Position numbers and translations under genes: made by a program. From a bacterium (lineage in GTDB: Bacteria; Hinthialibacterota; Hinthialibacteria; Hinthialibacterales; Hinthialibacteraceae), in assembly GCA_963662285.2 (NCBI GenBank), contig CAXXMV010000008.1, positions 672,001 to 736,000 on the forward strand: a stretch of 64,000 nt of DNA, in the 5' to 3' direction. Numbering within the stretch: position 1 is the first letter of the stretch; each line of letters begins with the position of its first letter. Below are positions 9,201 to 18,700 of this stretch, piece by piece. Under the pieces are notes generated by a model. That model searched no databases and was not told the DNA's origin. It worked only from the letters and a program-made list of their open reading frames with translations.

Positions 9201-11980
9201 GGAGAAAACGATTCTACAATTGGCGAAAACGGATCACCCACCACAATTTGAAAAGTCTCAAGCGGAGTGACGCCGTAATCCATATCGTCCCATTCCGCGC
9301 CGAACGCTTGCCCGTTCAGGCCGAAACCACGCTCGAAGATTCGTCCAATGGTTGAGGCTTTGGAAAGAGCGTCCAAAATTAACGTGCTGGAAGTAAGGAT
9401 GGATTTGAGTTGACCCTGCACCTTCTCCTTTGCAATGGATAGTCCATGTTCGCTAAAGGATTGAGCGATGCCTTTACTGGCGTCTTTCAAAACGTTTAAG
9501 AAGAGATCAAGGGCTCTCGCTTTCGATATATCGACGCCATCCAAAGCCATCATTTTTGGGATCAACGTAGCCGTATTATTCTGCACGGCGGAAATCGCCG
9601 CTTTCTTGTATACATCCGTTTCGTTGGTAAATAAGCCCCAGACATCCACCAAGATCAACATCACATTCATAGCTCTGGCTTTGAGGTGTTGGTTGTACAA
9701 TTCTTTGTGACCGGGCTGCACGGCGTTCGTATCCCAATACTGGGCGCCATGTTCACGGAATGCGCCATTGAAACATCGAACGAGATAGACAGCTTCGTCA
9801 TCAAGGAGATTGGCATTGTTTGGATCAGTCTGCAATCGAAGAGTCGATCCAGATACTAAACCATCAAACACCCTATTGAAGCCTTCCCGTACCAAATCGA
9901 TTAATGCCGTCCATTGTTTGGCAGGAATAATAATCGTTTCTTGATAATTCATGTGTGGGTAGCCGGTCATCACAATTTCAGAAGACGGCGTGTTCCATCC
10001 AAGTGGAAAATTCACAGGATCGATTCGATATATCCTGGCGATCCAATCGACTGGACAATAATTATCGTCATAAATATAAATTTCGAATCCCTTACTTTCT
10101 TCATCGTATTGCAACGCCAAATATTCCCGGTCTGGATTGAAGGTTCGAATCTTTGGTTCTTCATCAGATTGCATTACAACTAGCGGTTGTTGATCAGAGT
10201 ACTTCGCTTTTTTCATCGCGGTTGCTGAATTTTGAATGCGCTCTGAGCGTGAATTTTTTGCCGCCTGTAAAACGTGTTCAACGGAGAAAGATACTGTTTC
10301 AGGAATCGCATCGGCGAGCGCTGCAACAGCCTTTGCCCACGCCGATTCAACCTCTGCATCCTCCAGTCCATTGGCGCCCTGGGGATAGCGTTGACTAATC
10401 ACGGCAGTTAATTCATCCAGTTCAGGAAGGTCTTCCATCAAAGTCATAAGCCACTTGGCGACATGCGTTTCTCTGGACATGAAGAATGGATGCATGAATA
10501 CTAGGGCTTTAGCCGTTGTCTCTGCATTAATTATAAATGGTTGATCCGGCTGGTCTGTATAACCTGGAATGGAAACGGCCAAAAAGGAGTTATCTCCATC
10601 GCCTTTTGGAACCGCTCCAATCAGGCTGACAACATCGGGCAGCATCGTTAAGCGAAAAGAACCATTTGCATCGGATACCGTTTCATCCAATCCCACAACA
10701 ATAAAGTCTTCTGGATTGAGGCCATCCCCCAAATCCAGCAATCCATCGGTTTTGGGAATTATGATGAAATCATCACTTGTCCGGGCCGTTCCAATCACTG
10801 TTTCGACTTTAATGGGGCCGTTGATTGCTCCTTCGGGAACTTTGACTGAAATCTCTGCATTGGATACGTCAAGGACTTCCGCCTCTAGATCGTTGAAAAA
10901 GACCTTGGGATTTTCTGCTTCGCCTACCAGGAAGTTTATGCCTTCGAGTACGACCAAGACACCGATCCCTGCGCGACCGGGCAATACATCATCGATCCGG
11001 GGGGAGAGTTTATTGAGATTGCCAGTGAGTTCATCGGCGGAGATTAGTCCAACCGAGTAATTCAGTATTTTCTGGGCGTCGTCACTGGTTAATGCATCAT
11101 CACCTATATGCTTACCATTCAATCCCGGAAATGGAAATACATCTCCCGCCTCTCTATTCTCAGCGGGTATGGTTTCCAGTCCTTTACTATCACGGAGGAT
11201 TTTTAAGGCGTCGCGTCCGTCAACAACAAGGTCTCCGGTTACATCGCCAAGAGTTTTCATTTCAGAAACGGGTTGAGGGCCTCCCAGTGAAGATATTTCA
11301 GCAGGCGTTAATGGTTTGTCGTAGATGCTCACCATCGAGACATCCATTAACTGGCCTTCATTATCGTTATCCGCAAATAGAAGAATGTAGGGAGTGGAAC
11401 TATCGCTTCCATAAATAGAAAAACGCCCATCCACATCCTGCCCGGTTCCCTGATGAATCGAATCACCATTGATAAAATATTCAATATTCCCGGCAACCAA
11501 GTCAATCACGATGGACAGCCGGTACCACTCACCGGGGGAAATAGCATAGTCTGAATATCCGGTTGCGCCGACTCCAATATTGCCAGTTTTATTGATCCAG
11601 CCATCCCCATCATTGGCGTTCGAATCACTGGTGTTATAAAAACAAAACCATGCGCCAATTTCCGGTACTTTAAAATCGAAAACAAGAGAATATTGATTGA
11701 CGTAGTTTCCGCCATTGGGCGTAATCCCATGCCGGGCGATATAGTAGCTGCCCGCACCGATTCGGACAGCGCCGTCCGGGCCTTCGATGCCTGACACGGC
11801 TGTATGTTCTCCAACCAAATTCAGAGGCCCGCCTATTGATGCACGGGTTAAATCGGCGGGATCGTCAAAAGTCCATAAACAAACAGGCTGTGGTTGAGAG
11901 AGTGCTATTCCAGAGGATAAAAGTAGTGTGAAAAGAATAAAAACGAACAGAACTGCCTCACGAGTGATAGGAATTCTCAT
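3260..11980 (-). CDS. 2906-aa secreted multidomain surface protein: signal peptide, LamG/ConA-like, dockerin-like, IPT/TIG repeats, right-handed beta-helix, PD40/TolB-like propeller, cohesin-like domain, short C-terminal tail
   Basis: Signal peptide ([17 protein letters not shown]); [18 protein letters not shown] dockerin-like repeat; IPT-type strands ([16 protein letters not shown]); GIxIxxxxxNxI beta-helix repeats; [29 protein letters not shown] PD40 repeats; cohesin-like [40 protein letters not shown]. Confidence 0.85.
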   Translation of the reverse strand: [2906 protein letters not shown]

Positions 11981-12120
11981 TTTTCTCTCCCTGTATTAAA
12001 TAACTATAGAAAAACTAAAATTAATATCAATTAAGGTGCATATTGCGATAGAATTATTTTATTTTGTCATAAAAAAATGAGGTACACAACCTTACTACCT
12101 GGAAATGGAATTTCATAAAA

Positions 12121-12420
12121 TCATCCATCTCCTCCGGTAGAACCGGAAGTTTGATATTACGTACTGCTCAAAGCGGATTATACTATGCGCCGCATAAAGG
12201 CGACGTCTACTCTTCAAACAAACTCATTTGATCCAAACGATTATCCTCTTTCTCTTGTTTTGGAATATATTTTCGGATCATAGCCTCATCTCTTCCTACC
12301 GTCGAAACCAGATATTGTCACGATTCCAAAAACTCTGTCCAGTAAAATTCTTCTTTCGACCCATATAGGTTCGCGCAATATTTATCGCACTCTTTCCTTT
12401 TATAAAGCCAATCACTTGCG
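12121..12420 (-). mobile_element. tnpA: IS200/IS605-family remnant: frameshifted 3' half of tnpA plus right-end hairpins
   Basis: Minus-strand translation QVIGFIKGKSAINIARTYMGRKKNFTGQSFW / (frameshift) YLVSTVGRDEAMIRKYIPKQEKEDNRLDQMSLFEE* (stop 12207-12209), followed by hairpins such as CTTCCGGTTCTACCGGAGG. The 5' half is absent. Confidence 0.85.
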
Positions 12421-12639
12421 TCCAATATTTATTTAAGCCTTTTATTGAAAATTCTGTTAGAATATTATGAGAGGTTGTATAATTAGAGGATAGGTAATGG
12501 AATATTCATTCATGAAACATATTGTTTGCGCATTATCCGCTTATACATCAGATGTTTTCTTCTTGCACTTCATGGCTCCAATACTACACATTACATCGAA
12601 CACCGGCACGACTATGTCAGATAATAGGGAATCTGAATA

Positions 12640-15600
12640 ATGACTATAAAGTCAAGTACAAAACGTTCTCAAAAAAAGGCCCCGGCAAAAAAAAGCAGTA
12701 TATCCACAAAAAAGACTGCGGCCAAGAAAACTTCTGCGCCAAAGAAAATCTCTAAGCCCGGCGTATCCAAGAAAACCTTGCCGAAAGAGGATGAATCCGC
12801 ACTTATTTCCAAGGATCAAGAGGGTTTTCCGGTTGTCGGTATTGGCGCATCTGCGGGCGGGCTTCAGGCTTTTGAAGAGTTTTTTAATGCCATGCCCTCT
12901 GATAAAGGAATGGCTTTTGTGCTAATCGCTCACCTGGCGCCCAATCATGTCAGCATTCTGCCCGAATTAGTGCAAAAGCGAACTCCGATGAAGGTCGTTC
13001 AAATTGAAGATGGTATGAAGGTCCAACCCAACTGCGTGTATGTTATTCCACCGAACAGAGGATTGGCCATTTTTAATGGGACGTTGCAACTGCTCGATTC
13101 ATCCCCTAGTTTTGGCGCCAATATGCCTATCGATAAGTTCTTTCGTTCTCTCGCAGAGGATCAAGGTTCGAGAGCGGTTTGTATCATTCTTTCAGGAACG
13201 GGATCGGATGGAACCATCGGTCTGAAAGCCATTAAAGGCGAACTTGGGATGGTGATGGTTCAAGATGAAAAATCCGCCAAATATGATGGGATGCCCCGCA
13301 ATGCCATTGCCACCAATCTGGCGGATTACGTGCTTCCTCCCAAAGAGATGCCCGAACAATTGATCAAATACACCAAACACATGGTGAATCATTATCCTTC
13401 AAAAATATTTCATCCCGAGAAGGCATTCCCTGATGCCATGCAGAAAATCCTGCTGATTCTTCGTGATCGAACCCATCACGATTTCTCTCTGTATAAGAAG
13501 AATACGCTATGCCGCAGAATCGAACGCCGGATGAGCGTTCACCAGCTCACAGAAATTTCAGATTATATGCGTTATCTCCAGGAGAATGACGGCGAAGTTC
13601 ATATCCTGTTTAAGGAGCTTCTGATCGGAGTAACGAATTTCTTCCGGGATCCAGATGCATTTGATATTCTCAAAGAAACGATTATACCCGGTCTCGTACA
13701 GAGAAATCAGAATGATTCAACCTTCCGGGTATGGGTTCCCGGTTGCAGCAGCGGTGAAGAAGCCTATTCCATCGCGATTCTGTTGCATGAGTACATGGAA
13801 AAAACTCATAAATCTCTGGACGTTCAAATTTTTGGCACGGACATTGACGAAGACGCCATCAACGTGGCGAGGGCAGGCTTCTATCCAGCAAGTATAATAG
13901 GCGATGTCAGCGAGGACCGCTTGAAGCGTTATTTCATAAAAGAGGATAGCGGTAAATTTCAGATCAAAAAAATAATCCGTGAGATGCTGGTGTTCGCGCC
14001 GCAGAATATTATTAAAGACCCGCCCTTCACTAGACTGGATCTCCTCTGTTGCCGGAATCTGCTTATTTATTTCGGGCCGGAATTGCAGCATAAACTCATT
14101 CCCATCTTTCATTACAGTCTTCGAAACGAAGGTATTCTATTCCTGGGATCATCGGAAACTATTGGGAAAAACACCGAACTATTTTCACTTGCCGATAAGA
14201 AATGGAAACTTTATAAGAGAAAACCATTAATCGAAAACGCCAGGATGACGTTCCGTCTTCCAACATCTTCTTCAGACAAATATATTCAAGAACCGGAAAT
14301 TTCTTCTACGATTCGAAAGGCCGAAGAACTAAGTACTCTTCAGCTGGTCCAAACGATACTGCAACAGAGTCCAGCTCCTCCCTGTGTTATCATCGACGAT
14401 GCCTTGAACTTACTATACGTCCATGGCCATATCAGTAAATTTCTAGAACCTCCCGAAGGAAAAATCAGTTTCAATGTCCTGGACATGGCGCGCCCCGGCC
14501 TAAAAAAAGAACTGCTTGAGGCTATCAGCAAAGTCCGTCACCACAAGCAAGAAGTAATACACCGGGATATTCAAATCGAACAAGACGGAATAAAACTGCA
14601 ACTCACATTGAACGTTAAGCCTATATTAGACCAAAGTCCCATACGCGGTTTAATGATGGCCGTGTTTCAAGAGACTTCATTTGCGCCGCAAACTGGTAAG
14701 TCTAAACCGAAACTGGAATTGAAACCACCAACAGGTATGAGCGTTGAGGAACTGGAAAAGGAGTTACAACACACGAAAGAGGATCTGCAAACAACTATTG
14801 AAGAACTTGAGACATCGAACGAGGAACTGAAATCCGCTAATGAAGAACTTCAGTCTACAAACGAGGAATTACAGAGCACCAATGAAGAGATGGAAACCTC
14901 GAAAGAAGAACTCCAGTCTCTCAATGAAGAAGCTGTTACAGCCAACGCGGAACTTCAGAGCCGGATCGATCAAATGGCTACTGTGAATGATGATTTAAAA
15001 AATCTGCTGGACAGCATGGAGGCGGCAACCATTTTCCTGGATATGGATTTATGCATCCGGCGTTATACGCCCCGGATTACAGATATCATCTCTCTTACAG
15101 GAACGGATATTGGCCGACCCATAAACCATTTTGCCTTGCATTTGGTGGGCGCCATCGAGCTATCCAGCTATGCTGAAAAGGTCATTGCTGATTTGGCCAT
15201 TATTGAGGAAGAAACACAATCTATTGACGGAAAATGTTATAGGATGCGTCTCCGTCCTTACCGCACCATCAATAATGTAATTGATGGCGTGGTTATTACG
15301 TTTCAAGATATTTCGGATATTAAAAAGTATCAACAGGAGAAGGCCAAAGTAAAAGTTAAAGTATTGTCGTATTGCAAAAGTATCGTTAATACCATTCATG
15401 GATCCATGATCGTGCTGGATAGTAATCTCAAAGTGATGTTTGCCAATAACGCATTCTACACCCTATACCAATCACCTGAACAAGATACCGTGAACCATAA
15501 GATTTATAACTTGGGTAATGGCCAATGGAACATTCCAGAATTACGCGATCTGCTGGAGAACGTTCTTCCCCAAAAAACAGTGATTGAAAATTACCGGGTT

Positions 15601-15738
15601 GAGCATGATTTTGAAATCATCGGAAAACGGGTGATGTTGTTGAATGCCAGTAAATTGGTCATGGAAAACCTTGAGGAGGAATTTATCCTTTTAGGGATTC
15701 ATAATATTACAGAAGATTCAAACAATGAAGAAATATAA
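12640..15738 (+). CDS. CheB-CheR fusion protein with coiled coil and PAS domains
   Basis: CheB catalytic motifs GIGASAGG, AHLAP, LSGTGSDG; CheR motifs LLIGVTNFFRD, WVPGCSSGEEAYS, GTDID, LLCCRNLLIY; (E)ELQSTNEE heptads; C-terminal PAS. Confidence 0.93.
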   Translation: MTIKSSTKRSQKKAPAKKSSISTKKTAAKKTSAPKKISKPGVSKKTLPKEDESALISKDQEGFPVVGIGASAGGLQAFEEFFNAMPSDKGMAFVLIAHLAPNHVSILPELVQKRTPMKVVQIEDGMKVQPNCVYVIPPNRGLAIFNGTLQLLDSSPSFGANMPIDKFFRSLAEDQGSRAVCIILSGTGSDGTIGLKAIKGELGMVMVQDEKSAKYDGMPRNAIATNLADYVLPPKEMPEQLIKYTKHMVNHYPSKIFHPEKAFPDAMQKILLILRDRTHHDFSLYKKNTLCRRIERRMSVHQLTEISDYMRYLQENDGEVHILFKELLIGVTNFFRDPDAFDILKETIIPGLVQRNQNDSTFRVWVPGCSSGEEAYSIAILLHEYMEKTHKSLDVQIFGTDIDEDAINVARAGFYPASIIGDVSEDRLKRYFIKEDSGKFQIKKIIREMLVFAPQNIIKDPPFTRLDLLCCRNLLIYFGPELQHKLIPIFHYSLRNEGILFLGSSETIGKNTELFSLADKKWKLYKRKPLIENARMTFRLPTSSSDKYIQEPEISSTIRKAEELSTLQLVQTILQQSPAPPCVIIDDALNLLYVHGHISKFLEPPEGKISFNVLDMARPGLKKELLEAISKVRHHKQEVIHRDIQIEQDGIKLQLTLNVKPILDQSPIRGLMMAVFQETSFAPQTGKSKPKLELKPPTGMSVEELEKELQHTKEDLQTTIEELETSNEELKSANEELQSTNEELQSTNEEMETSKEELQSLNEEAVTANAELQSRIDQMATVNDDLKNLLDSMEAATIFLDMDLCIRRYTPRITDIISLTGTDIGRPINHFALHLVGAIELSSYAEKVIADLAIIEEETQSIDGKCYRMRLRPYRTINNVIDGVVITFQDISDIKKYQQEKAKVKVKVLSYCKSIVNTIHGSMIVLDSNLKVMFANNAFYTLYQSPEQDTVNHKIYNLGNGQWNIPELRDLLENVLPQKTVIENYRVEHDFEIIGKRVMLLNASKLVMENLEEEFILLGIHNITEDSNNEEI

Positions 15739-15747
15739 GTATAAGCG

Positions 15748-18700
15748 GTGATAGATATGGAAAAGAAGAATAATGATTCCACCAGATTTCACGAATTGCG
15801 AAAACGCGCTGAGGCATTGCTCAAAATAAGTGATGAAGATTTACCAAAAATGTCACCGGATGAGATACAAAATCTCGTTCATTCGTTTCGCACTTATCAG
15901 ATCGAAATGGAGTTGCAGAACGAGGAATTGCGGTGCGCGGAGGAAGAACTTTTAGCGTCGCGCGAAAAGTACTCCAATCTCTATGATTTCGCGCCAGTTG
16001 GTTACATCACAGTTAGTGATAAAGGGATGATTCTTGAATCAAATTTAACTTTTGCCAATATGCTGGGAGTTGAACGAAGCCGATTAATCAATCAGCCTCT
16101 ATCTGCTTATATCACTGATGAAGATCAGGATGTTTATTACCACTGCCGCAGGAAATCTCTTGAAACCAAAGAGCAGCAGACATGTGAATTAAGGATCAAA
16201 CTGAAAGAGAATCTCAGCGTTTGGGTTCGAATAGATTTCAAAGTAATCAAAAGTCCGGAGGGCGGCGCGAACCAGTTTTACATGATGATTAGTAATATTG
16301 CGGAACTGAAAAAAAATCAAAATGAACTCACTCAATCGATCAAAGATGTCACTCTGCAAAAGACAGAAATATCCGCTCTGCTCGAATCAGCTCAGGCGGC
16401 GTTGGAATGCCAGACGTTCGAAGAGGCCGCCAGAGAGATTTTTGATGCCTGCCGGAAAGCGACGGGGGCCGTATCGGGTTGCGTGGCGCTTCTATCGGAG
16501 GATGGGAGCGAGAATGAAATTCTGTTTCTTGAGGAAGGGGGTCTGCCCTACTATGTTGATACCGAACTCCCCATGCCGATCCGGGGACTGCGTGAAGAGG
16601 CATACCATAAAAAAATAGCCGTATACGAAAATGATTTCTGGAACAACCAATGGATGGAATATATGCCGGAAGGCCATGTTCCCCTGGAAAATGTTCTCTT
16701 TGCGCCGCTCATTCATAACGATCGGGCAATAGGGCTGATCGGGATTGCCAATAAGCCGGGCGGATTTACTGACAACGACGCCATTTTAGCAATGGCTTTT
16801 GCTCAACAGGCAGCGATTGCTTTGCGTTCGTTCCGAATGATTGATGAAATAATAGAACGAGACCGAATCCTCAATCAAACTGGGAAAATGGCCAGGATTG
16901 GCGGGTGGGAGCACGATCTAAAAAAGGGGAAAGGAATCTGGACTGAGGCTTTATACGACATAATCGAAATCGAACCCAAAACGGAACCACCGGGGCCGCA
17001 AGAGCATTTGAATTACTATCCGCCCGAGCATCGTAAGACGCTGGAAGAGGCCTATCAACGAAGCGTCGAGGATGGAACGCCTTTCGATCTGGAATTGCAA
17101 GTTTATACCGAAAAGAAAAACCTGATTTGGTGCCGCGTGTATGGAGAACCGGTATTTCATAGGGGCGAATGCGTTTCGATGCGAGGGACGCTTCAAGACA
17201 TAACCGACCATAAACAGGCTAGCATTGCTTTAGAAGAAAGCGAACAGCGGTATCGGGAACTATTCAACCATATGAGTGACGGCGTCGCCGTATATCAAGC
17301 GATCGAAAATGCGGAAGATTTTATTTTCAAGAATATAAATGAGTCCGGCGCCAAAATTGGAAAAATTAAAAGTGACGAGGTAATCGGATGTCGGGTGACC
17401 AATGTGTTCCCGGGTATAAAAGATATGGGATTATTTGAGGTGTTCCATCAAGTCTATCGATCTGGAAAACCGATGCATTATCCTGTTTCATTATATAAAG
17501 ACAATAGAGTATCGCATTGGGTTGAGAATTATGTATACAAATTGTCTTCTGGAGAGATTGTCGCGATTTACAAAGACGTAACTAATCGCAAGCAAGCGGA
17601 AGAAAATCTACAATCACAAACCGCTTTTTTGGAATCCTTGCTTTCCTCGATCCCCAGCCCGATTTTCTACAAAGACAATGAGGGCCGCTATTTGGGATGC
17701 AATCCCGCTTTTGAAGAAATTTCGGGGGAAAAACTGCCGAACATCATCGGAAAAAAGGTTTTTGATATATGGAAGAAAGAGTATAGCGGCATATATTATG
17801 ATAAAGATATAGAATTGATACAGCATCCCGGCGTTCAGCAGTATGAATCAAAATTCGAATCACCAGACGGGATTGTCCGGGATGTTATTTTTCATAAATC
17901 CACCTTTTTCGACCAACGGGACGAAGTGGCGGGAATTATCGGCGTTATGACGGACATCACGGAGAGAAAAAAAGCAGAAGAGGCATTGCGGGAAAGTGAG
18001 CGTATGTATCGCAGCGCCATCGAAGTCGCCGGAGCTGTTCCCTATTATCAAAACTATAATGAAAATATTTATGAATATATCGGATCAGGCATCGAACAAA
18101 TGACGGGATATTCTCCCGAAGAATTCACTTGTGAAATTTGGATATCTATAGAGAAACAAATCTGCCTATTAGGCGATTTGCAGGGATTATCCACGGAAGA
18201 AGCAGTAGATAAAGCGAGACAGGAGGAAGGCGTTAGTTGGAAGGCGGATTACCTAATAAAGACCCGCGCGGGAGAAGAACGCTGGCTATCCAACGCAGCC
18301 ATTCAAATTCGTGACGAACATGGCGTCGCCATTGGATCGCTGGGCATCCTTCAAGATATCACTGAGCGCAAACAAACCGAGGAGGCGCTGCGGAAAAGTG
18401 AAGAGAAATTACGCGCCGTCCTCGATGCTTCACCTTTCCCGGTATCGATTGTGGATTTAGAAGATAATAATATTATTTACTGGAGCCGCAGCGCTTATAA
18501 ACTTTTCGGACATACCGCACCCACAGCATCGGAATGGTATCAGATTGCTTATCCGGATATTGATTATAGAAATCAGGTGATTGAACGATGGAAACCTTTT
18601 GTGGCAACAGCCCTTCAAACCCGCAAAGCAGTCAATGCCGGTGAATACCGGGTGACCTGCAGCGATAGCTCGGAACGCATCTGCGAACTCCACATATCGT

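Noticed and set aside
12601-12620. CGGCACGACTATGTC as a sigma54 promoter for the CheBR gene
   Set aside because: The -12 element is at the wrong spacing and lacks TTGC.
14760-14960. Repetitive GAAGAACT/GAGGAA tract as a DNA repeat or CRISPR
   Set aside because: It encodes the ELQSTNEE coiled-coil heptads normal for CheB-CheR fusions; there are no constant repeats with spacers.
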